DNA of 64,000 bases from an uncultured Nitrospinota bacterium (GCA_963707985.1 CAVPRW010000027.1:64001-128000), one strand, 5' to 3'. Positions 20,158-32,890 are shown, numbered from the stretch's first letter. Numbers and translations are program-made. The notes: generated by a model from the letters alone, not told the origin.

Positions 20158-20601
20158 ATGTTCAGAGAGTTCCGAGAGTTTGCCATGCGCGGCAATGTCG
20201 TGGACTTGGCCGTGGGTATTGTCATTGGCGCGGCCTTTGGCAAAATTATCACGTCTCTAGTCAACGACATCATCATGCCTCCTATTGGGCTCCTGCTCGG
20301 CCGAGTCGATTTTGCTAACCTATTCATCAATCTCTCAGGCCAGTCGTTTGCTTCGCTGGCAGAAGCCAGGGCCGCTGGTGCCCCAACCATCAATTATGGC
20401 GTGTTTCTCAACACAGTCATCGACTTTGTCATTGTGGCCTTGGCCATTTTCTTGCTGGTGCGGTTCATCAATCGCCTGACCCGTCAGGCAGATGCGGCGC
20501 CGGCAGTGCCGACTAGCCGCGAATGCCCCTTCTGCGTATCATCGATTCCCCTCAGAGCCACGCGCTGCCCGCAGTGCACGTCCAATCTGCAAGCAGCGTA
20601 A
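20158..20601 (+). CDS. mscL: Large-conductance mechanosensitive channel with C-terminal CxxC-CxxC zinc ribbon
   Basis: [38 protein letters not shown]-terminal CPFC...CPQC. Confidence 0.95.
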   Translation: MFREFREFAMRGNVVDLAVGIVIGAAFGKIITSLVNDIIMPPIGLLLGRVDFANLFINLSGQSFASLAEARAAGAPTINYGVFLNTVIDFVIVALAIFLLVRFINRLTRQADAAPAVPTSRECPFCVSSIPLRATRCPQCTSNLQAA

Positions 20602-20730
20602 AGGCGGCCTCCTCCATCAGATTTCCCACTAGCCTGCCTGGCTCAGCATAGTCCTGTCATGATTTCCTGTTATTTTTATTGCAATCTTTAGAAATAGATA
20701 TTACAAACACTATAACATAGGGAGTGTCCG

Positions 20731-21179
20731 ATGACCTGGTTCGTATTTTCCTATTCGCGGCCATCGAAAGTACAGTCTCGCCCTTGTGAGGCGCTTTAGC
20801 AGCGGTGGCGTCGCCTGGGCGCGAGCACGCTCACGGGGGGTATCTATGTCTTACCCGCCCGTGAGGAAGACTTGGAAGCGTTTCAATGGTTGCCACTTTC
20901 GGGCTTGAGGAGCCGAGCCTGTACCTTATGGGAGAAACCCTCCACGAAATGGATTTGCGCGATGGCCGCTACGTCCATCCGGAGACCGCCGTCATCGACG
21001 GCGTGCTAAAGGGCTGGCACCTGATGAGGTTCTCCGACCAGGATCTCGAAGCACGCGGTGTGGCCCTCTTCGAAAGGCTTTATGCCGCGTTTGCCCGAGG
21101 AGGGGGCCCCAAGCCATCAAGGATAAAGAAGGTAAGACGCCAAGGTTGTGGATGCTTCGTGTCCCCTCGGCCATCGTGA
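20731..21179 (+). pseudogene. chrB: Chromate resistance regulator ChrB remnant (stop, frameshift, internal deletion)
   Basis: MTWFVFSYS...*..WRRLGA...GIYVLPAREEDLEAFQWL joined to FGLEEPSL...LHEMDLRDGRY.HPETAVIDGVLKG...DQDLEARGVALFERLY. Confidence 0.65.
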
Positions 21180-21189
21180 GGTGGTCTCT

Positions 21190-23112
21190 ATGACTTATGC
21201 ATCAACACGGACAACACGACGTCAGTCAAGAGAAACGGCGACATGGCGCGCGCAGCTGGCGGCACTCCACTACGTACCCAAGTTCATCCAGCTCATGTGG
21301 CAGACCCATCGGGGCTACACCATGGCCATGGCGGTGCTCCGCCTGTGTCGCGGCTTTCTCCCACTGGCCACGCTCTGGGTTGGCAAGCTCATCATCGATG
21401 CTGTGGTGGACATGCGCCAGGCGCCATCGGACTTCGCCCAGTTGTGGCCGCTCGTGGCGCTCGAGATCGCCATCGTGGTCGTGGGGGAGATGCTGGCCAG
21501 GGCTTCGGTGCTGGTTGAGAGTCTCCTCGGCGAACGCTTCTCGACCTCGACGAGCCTGCGTGTGATGCAGCACGCGGCTACTCTTGATCTATATCATTTC
21601 GAAGACCCCACATTCTATGACCGGCTTGAACAGGCACGGCGGCAGACGAGCAACCGGATCGGACTGCTGGCGCAGCTCCTGACGATGGGGCAGGACGTGC
21701 TGACGCTGGTGTCGCTTGGTACGGCCCTCGTCGTCTATAACCCAGGGTTGCTCCTGATTCTGGCTGTCGCCGTCCTGCCCAGCTTCCTCGGCGAGATGCA
21801 CTTCGCGGCGCTGGAATATGCGCTCGTCTCCCGATGGACACCGGCGCGGCGGCAGCTCGACTATCTGCGCTACGCTGGTGCCAGCAACGAGACGATCAAG
21901 GAAGTCCAACTGTTTGGACTTGTGCCCTGGCTGATCGGACGATATCGTCGCCTCTCAGAGCGCCTCTACGAAGAGCATAAGCGGTTGTCGATCCATAAGG
22001 GCAGTCTTTCAACTGCACTGTCGATCCTGGGGACGCTGGGATACTACGCCGCCTATCTCATCATCCTTGCGCATGCTGTCCAGGGAATCATTACGCTCGG
22101 CTCCCTGACTTTTCTCGCCGCCTCGTTCGCTCGTTGCCGTGATCTCCTCCAGCATCTGCTGCTCGGTGCCAGCGGGATCAGCCAGCAGTGTCTGTACCTC
22201 AAAGACCTCTTCGATTTCTTCGAGACGAAGCCGACCATCAGCTCAGCCTCAGGCGCGCCAGAGGTGCCCAAGCCGATACGCCAGGGCTTCGTGTTCGAAG
22301 ACGTTGGGTTCCGCTACCCTGGTCGCGGTGACTGGGCAGTGCGGCATGTAAACTTTGATCTGCCTCCTGATGAGCGCATCGCCTTTGTGGGTGAGAACGG
22401 TGCAGGCAAGACAACGCTCATCAAGCTGCTGGCACGGCTGTACGATCCCACGGAAGGGCGCATTCTGCTCGATGGTGTCGATCTGCGCGATTACGACTTG
22501 GCGTCGGTGCGCCGAGCGGTTGGCGTCATTTTCCAGGACTTCGTCTGCTACGATTTCCGCTTCGACGAGAATATTGGCGTCGGAGAAATCGATGCGGTAC
22601 GATCGTATCTCGATCGGTCGGACCACGAGGAGCCCCCTGATAAGGCGAAGACGTGGGACACAGGGCCTCCCGGCAGTAATGTGGTTCCGGCATCCATCGT
22701 CGCGGCGGCCGAGAAATCCCTGGCCACCTCTCTTCTGCCCCGTTTCTCCCTGGGGTACCGGCAGATGCTCGGCCGTCGATTCGAGCGTGGCGTCGAGCTC
22801 TCGGGCGGGGAGTGGCAGAAGATCGCGCTTGCCCGCGCCTATATCCGCGACGCCCAAGTACTCATGCTGGACGAGCCCACAGCGTCGCTCGATGCGCGCG
22901 CCGAATACGAAGTGTTCCTCCGCTTTTCGCGCCTTGTGAGGGGGAAAATGGCGGTCATTATTTCTCATCGCTTCTCCACGGTGCGGATGGCCGACCGTAT
23001 CCTCGTTGTCAAGCATGGCACCGTGGTCGAAGACGGGACGCACGAGGCGCTGGTGGCGCAGGGCGGTCTCTATGCCACCCTTTTTGCGCTGCAGGCAGAG
23101 GGATATCGGTAA
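21190..23112 (+). CDS. ABC exporter, fused permease and ATPase
   Basis: TM domain, GENGAGKTT, LSGGEWQKIALAR, LDEPT, ISHRFSTV. Confidence 0.93.
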   Translation: MTYASTRTTRRQSRETATWRAQLAALHYVPKFIQLMWQTHRGYTMAMAVLRLCRGFLPLATLWVGKLIIDAVVDMRQAPSDFAQLWPLVALEIAIVVVGEMLARASVLVESLLGERFSTSTSLRVMQHAATLDLYHFEDPTFYDRLEQARRQTSNRIGLLAQLLTMGQDVLTLVSLGTALVVYNPGLLLILAVAVLPSFLGEMHFAALEYALVSRWTPARRQLDYLRYAGASNETIKEVQLFGLVPWLIGRYRRLSERLYEEHKRLSIHKGSLSTALSILGTLGYYAAYLIILAHAVQGIITLGSLTFLAASFARCRDLLQHLLLGASGISQQCLYLKDLFDFFETKPTISSASGAPEVPKPIRQGFVFEDVGFRYPGRGDWAVRHVNFDLPPDERIAFVGENGAGKTTLIKLLARLYDPTEGRILLDGVDLRDYDLASVRRAVGVIFQDFVCYDFRFDENIGVGEIDAVRSYLDRSDHEEPPDKAKTWDTGPPGSNVVPASIVAAAEKSLATSLLPRFSLGYRQMLGRRFERGVELSGGEWQKIALARAYIRDAQVLMLDEPTASLDARAEYEVFLRFSRLVRGKMAVIISHRFSTVRMADRILVVKHGTVVEDGTHEALVAQGGLYATLFALQAEGYR

Positions 23113-23409
23113 GTAAAAGGTGCGACACGTCACAGGCTCGATCGGCTGAATGGGATACCAAGGCAAGTTCTTTTGCCGGATTCGTCGTGCAGGCGGATCG
23201 GCATGAAGGGGCAGTGCTGGCATCTGAGTGGGGCAATGCCAGATCCCAGCAAGTGCAAACCAGGAAGGGGACATTCGTGAGTCCCGCGGACGAAGGATTT
23301 CGACGACCTACTGGGGAAACGGGTGGTGATCACTGCCTGTGCTCACTGGTACCGAGATCGACCGCTCGGTGAGTGCACTCAGCCCTGGCCTATGGGATAA
23401 GCGATTGGC

Positions 23410-23667
23410 TTGACCACTGTGGTGAGGCTCCGGATGGTGCTCTATGCGATGCCAGACCTCCTCACGGGGGCACTGACCGTAGAAACGGTCTACGAACAGC
23501 AGTGCACGGTCATGCTGCTCTCGCACCAACTGTTGGCATTTCCCCAGGCTGGTCTCGTGGTAGTGCTGGACCGAGGCCGCATTCTCGAGCAGGGGACGCA
23601 TGCCGAGCTCAGCACAGGCAACGGGCTATACGCCCGCATCTACCGGCCCAGCGTCTGGCCAGCATAG
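23410..23667 (+). pseudogene. ABC ATPase C-terminal remnant
   Basis: LLSHQLLAFPQAGLVVVLDRGRILEQGTHAELSTGNGLYARIY; no Walker A or signature motif. Confidence 0.6.
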
Positions 23668-23821
23668 GATAGGGTGACGAAGGTGAACACCGACGCCTCT
23701 AGCGTCAGTCGAGGCCATCTCCCCCCTGCATGCTGCCGCCTCCGAGCTGGCCCACATGACCGGAAACGATGCATACGCACCCATCGGCGCGGATGGATGT
23801 CAGAGCCTTGGGCGGCGGAGC

Positions 23822-24058
23822 TTAGTCACTGTTGGCGCAGCCACAACCTGGCTGCACATTTCCCGGGGTCTGCAACTGTTGGCGAATCTTCTCAAGCGTA
23901 TCACCTTCTAAGTCGATCATAATCAGGGGTGGTTGCTCCAATTGTTCGGCTACATAGTCGGCATGCCGATCAAGGGCGCGATAGGGGGAGAGATCACTGG
24001 GGTCGAAGTCCTCAGGGAGATTCTCGTCGAGCCATTCTGGCGGGAAATGCAAGGCCAT
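23822..24058 (-). CDS. Small acidic hypothetical protein (78 aa, C-terminal CGC)
   Basis: GGAGG RBS 7 nt before the ATG; protein-like composition. Confidence 0.55.
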   Translation of the reverse strand: MALHFPPEWLDENLPEDFDPSDLSPYRALDRHADYVAEQLEQPPLIMIDLEGDTLEKIRQQLQTPGNVQPGCGCANSD

Positions 24059-24264
24059 CGTTGTACCTCCATATGCCATGCTAAGATGCCCGTGCGCTGC
24101 CGCAACCCCCAGGTCTCGGGGACGATCGGCGGGGGGTCTCGGCTATTTAACATGTAACCTGCGATTGTACTAACAGCCGAGCAAAGAGTCCAGAACATCT
24201 GCTGTAAACGGTTCATTGCCCATGGTGACAGGGACTACAGGAGGCCATGGAGCGAAAAATCCTA

Positions 24265-24294
24265 TTGACACAACATTTGGCTCCATGCTAGAGT
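24265..24294 (+). promoter_or_regulatory. Putative sigma70 promoter upstream of rho
   Basis: TTGACA-18 nt-TAGAGT, with an extended -10 TG. Confidence 0.5.
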
Positions 24295-24961
24295 GTCGAC
24301 GATTGAATTGAGTGTCTACTGAGGATTCCCCGTATTGTCTTGTCTTGTAACGTTCCCAACGTGATCACTCCTATGAGCTCTCAACGCATCGGGGTTGATG
24401 CGTGTGTGCTTCTCCCCCTGGCGAAAGGGTGATAATCTCCCTAGTATCCGCGTTTAACCGCATCAGCATTGTGACTTCGGCAGATGACAAACCGAGAGCT
24501 CCGCTCCTCTGTACCGCGCAACTTCCAGGTGGATGCTCTACCTGTTGGGTAATCCCATTCGACCGATGATGTCCCATGCTAGAATAGACCTGAGGGTTGG
24601 CGTGTACCGCTACCTCCGCATGCACTCCTACTCGCAATGCTGGCCACTATGCCTGCCACAATGGTTTTTGATCATCTGGAGATGGACACGCAATCACGCT
24701 CAAATGGACCAGGCCATGAGTGTATGGATCACAAGGCCGGGCGCGTTGAGGCGTCCTGGTAATCATCATGCTGACAACAGTGTATGTGACATGATTGACC
24801 CTGAATCCGTCGATGGTCGCAGTCTGCCAGATACCAGATAAGAGAGAGGCAGCGCGGTGCCCATGTGCCGGATGGAAGCGTTTTGTATGCTAGGTTAAGC
24901 GTTCCAACAGTGCTAAGTTGCCCTTATTTATTATGGACATTCGTGTAGTGAGGTACGAAGA

Positions 24962-26209
<1,248 letters not shown>

Positions 26210-26297
26210 GGACAGGACTGGGTGTTGAGGATTGGCTAGAATCGGCTCATCGCTCAGCATGCACGGTTCGTTACAGTCTCTTCGACAGGAGGGCATC

Positions 26298-26513
26298 ATG
26301 AAAGCGGAGATTCATCCTCAGTATGTCGATTGCACGATTACCTGCGCCTGCGGCGAGGTCGTCCAGACGCGTTCAACTCGGCCACAGATTCGTGTGGAGA
26401 TTTGTTCGAAGTGCCACCCCTTCTACACTGGTAAACAGAAACTCGTCGATACCGCCGGGCGAGTGGAGAAATTCCAGAAGAAATATGGCCTAGAGCCAAC
26501 CTCCCAGAACTAA
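26298..26513 (+). CDS. rpmE: 50S ribosomal protein L31 (Zn-binding type)
   Basis: [21 protein letters not shown]. Confidence 0.98.
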   Translation: MKAEIHPQYVDCTITCACGEVVQTRSTRPQIRVEICSKCHPFYTGKQKLVDTAGRVEKFQKKYGLEPTSQN

Positions 26514-26540
26514 TGTCGGCGGCAACACAGAGGGCTGACC

Positions 26541-27629
26541 ATGTGGGACAAATTAGACGCCCTGGAACGACGCTTTACTGAGCTGAATGAGCTCATGAGC
26601 CGCCCGGAAATCTTCAGTAAAGCAGCTGAATACCAGCGGTATGCGCGTGAGCGGTCGGAGCTTGCCAAGATCGTCGACGTGTACCGGCAGTTCACGCGTG
26701 TCATCCAGGAGAAAGATGGGGTGCAGCGCCTGTTGGAAGACGCCGGCGATGATGCTGAGATGAGCCAACTCGGCCAAGAAGAGCTGACACAATTAGCTGA
26801 GCAGGAGAATAAATTGACGTATGAATTGAAGACCCTCCTGCTACCCGCCGACGCCGACGACCAGAAAAACGTCATCCTGGAGATTCGTGCCGGTACAGGA
26901 GGAGAGGAAGCGGCCTTGTTCGCGGCTGATTTGTTCCGCATGTATGGCAAATACGCGGAGCGTCAGGGATGGCATGTAGAGCTCTTAGAGAGCCATGCAA
27001 CGGGCATCGGTGGGTTCAAGGAAATCATCGCCTCCATCGAAGGCCGTGGGGTATACAGTAGACTTAAGTATGAGAGTGGCACGCATCGCGTCCAACGCGT
27101 GCCGGTCACCGAGTCGCAAGGGCGCATCCATACCTCGGCGGTAACGGTGGCGATCCTGCCCGAAGCCGAAGAGGTCGAAGTCGACATTAACCCCGAGGAG
27201 CTGCGCATCGATGTATTCCGCTCCTCTGGCCCTGGAGGGCAAAGCGTCAATACCACCGATTCAGCTGTGCGGGTGACACACTTGCCCACAGGGATCGTGA
27301 TTAGTTGCCAGGATGAGAAGTCACAACATAAGAACCGCGCCAAGGCCCTGCGCGTTTTGCGCGCCCGCTTGCTGGATATCGCTAAACACGAACAGCAGGA
27401 GAAAATCTCTCGTGAACGGCGGTCCCAAATTGGCACCGGCGACCGCAGCGAGCGGATTCGCACGTACAATTTTCCCCAGGGACGTGTCACCGATCATCGG
27501 ATTAACCTGACGCTCTATAAACTTGGATCGGTGCTCGAGGGGGAGCTTGACGAAGTGCTTGAGGCCCTCCAGCAAGCAGACCAGACCGAGCGGCTCAAAG
27601 ACTTCGACAAGAGCGAAGTGCGCATATGA
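26541..27629 (+). CDS. prfA: Peptide chain release factor 1
   Basis: GGQ motif, PVT specificity tripeptide, [11 protein letters not shown]. Confidence 0.98.
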   Translation: MWDKLDALERRFTELNELMSRPEIFSKAAEYQRYARERSELAKIVDVYRQFTRVIQEKDGVQRLLEDAGDDAEMSQLGQEELTQLAEQENKLTYELKTLLLPADADDQKNVILEIRAGTGGEEAALFAADLFRMYGKYAERQGWHVELLESHATGIGGFKEIIASIEGRGVYSRLKYESGTHRVQRVPVTESQGRIHTSAVTVAILPEAEEVEVDINPEELRIDVFRSSGPGGQSVNTTDSAVRVTHLPTGIVISCQDEKSQHKNRAKALRVLRARLLDIAKHEQQEKISRERRSQIGTGDRSERIRTYNFPQGRVTDHRINLTLYKLGSVLEGELDEVLEALQQADQTERLKDFDKSEVRI

Positions 27630-28570
27630 CCGTCACATGCGCTAAGTCATTGCGCTGGGGGAAAACCTATCTCCAGACCTGCGGCATTGAGACAGCGCGG
27701 CTGGACGCCGAAGTCTTGCTGATGCACTGCTTGAGATGGGAGCGAACGGCGCTGTATTGCAAACACGACTATCAGTTGACGCCTGATGAGGAGATACGCT
27801 TCCACGACTTGGTGAGGCGCCGTGGCGCGCACGAGCCGATCGCCTACCTGACCGGCACGCGCGAGTTTTGGTCGCTGCCTCTTGTCGTGCGACCTGGAGT
27901 GTTGATTCCGCGTCCTGATACTGAATGGGTGGTTGAGACGGCCCTGCGATATGTACCACAGTTGCTACACCCGCACTCGCACTACCATGTCCTCGATATT
28001 GGCACGGGAAGTGGGAACATCGCTATCGCTGTGGCGACGAGCCTGCCTTCGGTAGACGTAACAGCCATCGACAGTTCCCTAGAAGCCCTGGCCGTGGCCC
28101 GGCTCAACGCCCAGTCCTGCCATGTGGCCGAGCGTATACATTTTGTTTGTGGTGATCTCTTTAGCCCGTTTCATCCCGGCCACATGCGCGTCGATCTGCT
28201 CCTCTCCAATCCGCCTTACATTGCTGCCGAGGAGTGGCATGCTTTGCCGAGTACAGTTCGCTGTTATGAGCCGCGTCAGGCTCTCGATGGTGGCAGCGAT
28301 GGTCTGCTATTTTATCGCCGTTTATTTGCCGAAGGAGCGCCCTATATAGCAGAGCATGGCATCGCAATCATCGAAGTGGGGCATCGCCAGGCGGGCCATG
28401 TGTCGCGCCTGGCGATGCAGTCGCAGCAGTGGGAGTTGATCGAAGTTATCAAGGACTACGCCGGCATTGAACGTGTGGTGGTGGCGCGGCACAGGCGAAG
28501 GGGGAGTGGCTCGGCATGGATTGCATCGAAATCGAAGGTAGGGTCCAACTGCACGGCCATGTACGCGTAA
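27626..28570 (+). CDS. prmC: Release factor glutamine methyltransferase
   Basis: [21 protein letters not shown]. Confidence 0.96.
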   Translation: MTVTCAKSLRWGKTYLQTCGIETARLDAEVLLMHCLRWERTALYCKHDYQLTPDEEIRFHDLVRRRGAHEPIAYLTGTREFWSLPLVVRPGVLIPRPDTEWVVETALRYVPQLLHPHSHYHVLDIGTGSGNIAIAVATSLPSVDVTAIDSSLEALAVARLNAQSCHVAERIHFVCGDLFSPFHPGHMRVDLLLSNPPYIAAEEWHALPSTVRCYEPRQALDGGSDGLLFYRRLFAEGAPYIAEHGIAIIEVGHRQAGHVSRLAMQSQQWELIEVIKDYAGIERVVVARHRRRGSGSAWIASKSKVGSNCTAMYA

Positions 28571-29778
28571 GCGGGGCGAAGAATGCCGTCCTCCCGGTTA
28601 TGGCAAGCCTGTTACTCACAACCGGGGCGACACGCCTGCGCAATGTCCCACGCGTGCGAGACGTCGTGACCTTTGGGCAGGTTCTGCAGGCTCTTGGTGC
28701 CAAAATCAGCTTTGATGGGTCTGAACTGATCATCGACACGACCTCCATCAACCGCTTTGAAGCCCCCTATGATCTGGTCAAAACCATGCGTGCCTCCTTT
28801 CTGGTCCTGGGACCGTTGCTGGCGCGTTATGGGCAAGCGCGTGTGTCGTTGCCGGGAGGGTGCGCCATCGGCGCCAGACCCGTCAATCTTCACCTGAAGG
28901 GCTTGCAGGCGCTCGGCGCTCACTTAGAATTGGCGCAGGGGTATGTGCAGGCATACGCTGATCAGCTGCAGGGGGCCACGATTACGTTACCGACTCCGAC
29001 GGTCACCGGTACCGAAAATATCATGATGGCTGCCGTGTTAGCCAAAGGCACGACGATCATCGATAACGCCGCCTGCGAGCCGGAAGTGGTCGATCTCGCC
29101 GAAGCCTTGACCCAGATGGGGGCCCGAGTCAAGGGCATGGGTAGTTCACGCCTCATCATTGAAGGGGTGCCGTGGTTGGAACCCATTACGCACGACATCA
29201 TCCCCGATCGCATTGAGGGGGGAACGTTCCTGGTCGCCGGTGCCATAACCGGCGGCGATGTCACCATCGATTACTGTCGTCCTGCACACTTGGAGGCGCT
29301 GCTCGTCCAGTTGCGTGCCACCGGCGCCATTGTCGAGGTGGGAGATGATTGGGTCCGTGTCCTCGGCCGCGAGCGTACCAGTCCGATCGATCTTGCCACG
29401 GCACCCTATCCAGGCTTTCCCACCGACATGCAAGCCCAGATGATGTCCTTTCTGACCCGGGCTAACGGGCGCTCGGTCATCTCTGAAACGGTGTTTGAAA
29501 ACCGTTATATGCACGCTGCCGAGTTGAGCCGCATGGGCGCCGAAATTCACCTTAATGGGGCGGATGCCATTGTCGTGGGCGTACCCCAATTACACGGAGC
29601 CCCAGTGATGGCCACCGACCTGCGCGCCAGTGCCAGCTTGATTCTGGCCGGACTTGCCGCGCAAGGCATTACCACCGTGTCGCGGGTGTATCATCTGGAC
29701 CGCGGCTATGAACAGATCGAAACCAAGCTTGCTGCACTCGGTGCGAAGATTCGGAGACTGCCGTGCAACCAGGATTGA
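28516..29778 (+). CDS. murA: UDP-N-acetylglucosamine 1-carboxyvinyltransferase
   Basis: SGAKNA, LPGGCAIGARP, PGFPTDMQ. Confidence 0.98.
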   Translation: MDCIEIEGRVQLHGHVRVSGAKNAVLPVMASLLLTTGATRLRNVPRVRDVVTFGQVLQALGAKISFDGSELIIDTTSINRFEAPYDLVKTMRASFLVLGPLLARYGQARVSLPGGCAIGARPVNLHLKGLQALGAHLELAQGYVQAYADQLQGATITLPTPTVTGTENIMMAAVLAKGTTIIDNAACEPEVVDLAEALTQMGARVKGMGSSRLIIEGVPWLEPITHDIIPDRIEGGTFLVAGAITGGDVTIDYCRPAHLEALLVQLRATGAIVEVGDDWVRVLGRERTSPIDLATAPYPGFPTDMQAQMMSFLTRANGRSVISETVFENRYMHAAELSRMGAEIHLNGADAIVVGVPQLHGAPVMATDLRASASLILAGLAAQGITTVSRVYHLDRGYEQIETKLAALGAKIRRLPCNQD

Positions 29779-30398
29779 CCATTGCACTTCCCAAAGGACG
29801 ATTGTTCCCAGAGTCTGTGACGCTGCTCGAGAAAATTCACTGCAGTGCGGAAGGTCTGGGCGAAGGACGGCGCCTCATCTTCGATGACGCCGAGCAATAC
29901 ACACGGTTTTTGATCTTGCGACCTGTTGACATTCCTACGTATGTCGAGTACGGTGCTGCGGATGTAGGGATCGTCGGCAAGGATGTAATCGATGAAGGGG
30001 GGCATGACGTCTATGAACCCCTGGACCTCAAATTTGGTCGTTGCCGCTTAGTGGTAGCCCAGCCAGGCAGTGTGCCGCTGGAGCAGTCGCTGACAGACTG
30101 GTCCTATATCCGTGTCGCTACCAAATACCCGCGCATCACCGAGCGCTACTACAATGGCAAAGGGGTGCCCGTGGAGATTATCCGGTTATCAGGATCAATT
30201 GAGCTCGCTCCCCTCGTTGGGTTGTGCGACCGCATTGTGGATTTGGTCGAAACCGGACGGACGATGGCAGAAAATGGTCTCGTCGTGGTCGGCGAAGTCA
30301 TGCGGGTATCGGCCCGTCTCATCGTCAATCGTGCGAGCCAGAAAACGAAATACGAGCAGGTCACCGGTCTTATTAGCCGCTTGAAGCAGGTGATCTGA
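29763..30398 (+). CDS. hisG: ATP phosphoribosyltransferase, short form
   Basis: IALPKGRL, ATKYP, GSIELAP; no C-terminal regulatory domain. Confidence 0.95.
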   Translation: MQPGLTIALPKGRLFPESVTLLEKIHCSAEGLGEGRRLIFDDAEQYTRFLILRPVDIPTYVEYGAADVGIVGKDVIDEGGHDVYEPLDLKFGRCRLVVAQPGSVPLEQSLTDWSYIRVATKYPRITERYYNGKGVPVEIIRLSGSIELAPLVGLCDRIVDLVETGRTMAENGLVVVGEVMRVSARLIVNRASQKTKYEQVTGLISRLKQVI

Positions 30399-30481
30399 AA
30401 GCGTCTGCCGTTGACGTCGGGCATGATCAAAGAGTTTCCCCTCTCCGCTTGCCTGGACCTGGAAGGGCCGGATAGCCTTAT

Positions 30482-31786
30482 ATGTTACCTCTTCTGACGA
30501 CCACTGACGTTGATTTTCCCTCACGGTTCCAGCACTTGCTCAACCGTAGTGATGAGGCTGAGTCAGCGGTCGAATCCCAGGTACGCGCCATCCTCACGCG
30601 TGTACGACGTGACGGGGATCGGGCGGTGCTGGATTTGACGTCCCAATACGATGGCATTATCCTTACCCCTGATACAATCTGCGTGTCGACATCCGAGATC
30701 GCGACGGCCTACGAGCAATGCTCTCCTGGGGCGCTTGCCGCGTTGCGGAGCGCTGCCGAGAACATCCGGCGCTTTCACAGTCACCAGCAGCGACACTCCT
30801 GGATGCTGGACCTCGACGATGGCAGTCGCTTGGGCTTGCGCATTACCCCATTGCAACGCGTCGGCATGTACGTGCCGGGCGGCAAGGCGGTATATCCGTC
30901 GACGGTGTTGATGTGCGGCATCCCTGCCCAGGTCGCGGGCGTACCTGAGCTCATCGTCTGTACACCGGCGCCAGGCGGTGTAATCAACCCGCTTATCGTC
31001 GTCGCGGCGGACCTGGTCGGAACACAGGCGATCTATAAGGTCGGGGGCGCGCAGGCGGTCGCGGCCATGGCCTTTGGCACTGCGACCATCCCCAAGGTGG
31101 ATAAGATTGTCGGCCCCGGTAACCAGTATGTGGCGACGGCGAAGCGCCTGGTGTTCGGCGAGGTGGGAATCGATCTGATCGCCGGTCCTACAGAGCTGGT
31201 GATCGTTGCCGATGATTCTGCTAACCCGCAGTTTCTTGCTGCCGACTTGCTGTCCGAGGCAGAGCATACGGGTGCCGAGAGCGTCGTTTGCATCACGCCA
31301 TCATTCAGACTCGTGGAGGCGGTGCAACAGGCGGTATCTGACCAACTTACCAACCTCCCACGACAGGAAGAAGCGTCGCGATCGTTGCGCGGGTGTAGTG
31401 CGCTGATCCATACACAAGATCTCCAGGAAGCTCTGACGCTGGCCAATGCCATCGGCCCTGAGCATCTCGAGCTGATGGTCGAGGAGGCCGAGCGCTGGTT
31501 AGAGCAGGTCACCTGCGCCGGGGCGATTTTCCTCGGACATTACTCCCCGGCGGCGATTGGCGACTATTATGCTGGACCGAATCACGTATTGCCGACCGGG
31601 GGTACGGCGCGCTTTTCCTCGCCGCTTAACGTCGATGACTTTGTGAAGAAATCCAGTGTGATTCGCTATACGGCAGAGCGCTTGCGCAACGATACTCCGA
31701 CCGCCAGCACGCTGGCTCGGCTAGAAGGGTATGAGGGGCATGCACGCGCCATGACGATCCGGGCCCAGTCTGAGCCGAGAGGATGA
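30482..31786 (+). CDS. hisD: Histidinol dehydrogenase
   Basis: YVPGG, GPGNQYV, AGPTE, GPNHVLPT. Confidence 0.98.
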   Translation: MLPLLTTTDVDFPSRFQHLLNRSDEAESAVESQVRAILTRVRRDGDRAVLDLTSQYDGIILTPDTICVSTSEIATAYEQCSPGALAALRSAAENIRRFHSHQQRHSWMLDLDDGSRLGLRITPLQRVGMYVPGGKAVYPSTVLMCGIPAQVAGVPELIVCTPAPGGVINPLIVVAADLVGTQAIYKVGGAQAVAAMAFGTATIPKVDKIVGPGNQYVATAKRLVFGEVGIDLIAGPTELVIVADDSANPQFLAADLLSEAEHTGAESVVCITPSFRLVEAVQQAVSDQLTNLPRQEEASRSLRGCSALIHTQDLQEALTLANAIGPEHLELMVEEAERWLEQVTCAGAIFLGHYSPAAIGDYYAGPNHVLPTGGTARFSSPLNVDDFVKKSSVIRYTAERLRNDTPTASTLARLEGYEGHARAMTIRAQSEPRG

Positions 31787-31787
31787 T

Positions 31788-32879
31788 ATGAACCCACCCC
31801 GACACCATCTGATCAAGCCGGCGGTGGCGCAGTTGCAGGCTTATGATCCGCACAAACGTCCAGGACAGGTGAAGCTCGACGCCAATGAGCATCCATTCGA
31901 GTTGCCTCCAGCGGTGCGGGAAGCCGTGTTGCAGGCACTGGCGGCGGTATCCATCAATCGCTATCCCGACCCCGAGGCTGCTGGCCTGCGGCACGCCCTG
32001 GCGAAGATACTCGACGTCACCCCTGACATGCTGCTCCTGGGAAACGGCTCGGATGAGTTGGTGCAAATGGTCCTGATGGCCTGTGGTGCTCCTGGTGCCA
32101 TAGTGCTGACACCAACGCCGACGTTTTCGATGTACGGTCTGGGGGCACTGATGCTGGATCAGCAGGTGGTTGAAGTGCCATTGACGGCGGATTGGGAACT
32201 TGATATGCCCCAGATGCTAGCCGCCATTGCCAGCGAACAACCACGGGTGACGTTTCTCGCCACCCCCAACAATCCCACCGCCAATTGCTTTGCTAGTGCA
32301 GCCGTGCGCCAACTGATCGAGGCCGTGCCGGGTGTAATCGTCGTCGATGAAGCCTATTATGAATTCAGCGGCCAGACAGTTCTACCCCTGCTGCAGTCCT
32401 ATCCACATCTCCTGGTGTTTCGTACTCTCTCCAAGGTAGGGATGGCGGGCTTGCGGATCGGTATTCTGGTCGGGCACCCCGAATTAGTAGACGCGATCAA
32501 CAAGGTTCGATTACCGTATAACCTGAGCGCATATTCCCAGGCGGCCGCGGTCGTGGTGCTGCAGCACTGGGAGATGCTCGCACCCGAATTTCGCGCCGTC
32601 ATCCATGAGCGCGAACGGCTGCGTGAGGGTTTGGGGCGCTTTCCTGGTGTGACAGTCTTCCCCAGCCAGGCTAACTTCCTTCTGGCACGCATCGACGCCG
32701 GGGCGGCACGAATGTGGGAAGCACTCGGAGAGCATGGGATCTTGGTACGTCATTTCCCGGGGTCCCCAGCGTTGCAAGATTACCTACGTATCACGGTGGG
32801 GACGCCACCCGAAAACATGTTCCTGGCTACCACCTGGCAAACAATTGTCGAGACCTTCCAGCCGTTGATTCGTCCATGA
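31788..32879 (+). CDS. hisC: Histidinol-phosphate aminotransferase
   Basis: KLDANE, GNGSDE, PNNPT, DEAY, RTLSK. Confidence 0.97.
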   Translation: MNPPRHHLIKPAVAQLQAYDPHKRPGQVKLDANEHPFELPPAVREAVLQALAAVSINRYPDPEAAGLRHALAKILDVTPDMLLLGNGSDELVQMVLMACGAPGAIVLTPTPTFSMYGLGALMLDQQVVEVPLTADWELDMPQMLAAIASEQPRVTFLATPNNPTANCFASAAVRQLIEAVPGVIVVDEAYYEFSGQTVLPLLQSYPHLLVFRTLSKVGMAGLRIGILVGHPELVDAINKVRLPYNLSAYSQAAAVVVLQHWEMLAPEFRAVIHERERLREGLGRFPGVTVFPSQANFLLARIDAGAARMWEALGEHGILVRHFPGSPALQDYLRITVGTPPENMFLATTWQTIVETFQPLIRP

Positions 32880-32890
32880 GGAATCCGATC

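Noticed and set aside
20520..20601. Zinc ribbon on MscL as a novelty
   Set aside because: This is a known, widespread MscL variant.
29763..30398. Short hisG without hisZ
   Set aside because: hisZ is commonly encoded elsewhere in the genome.
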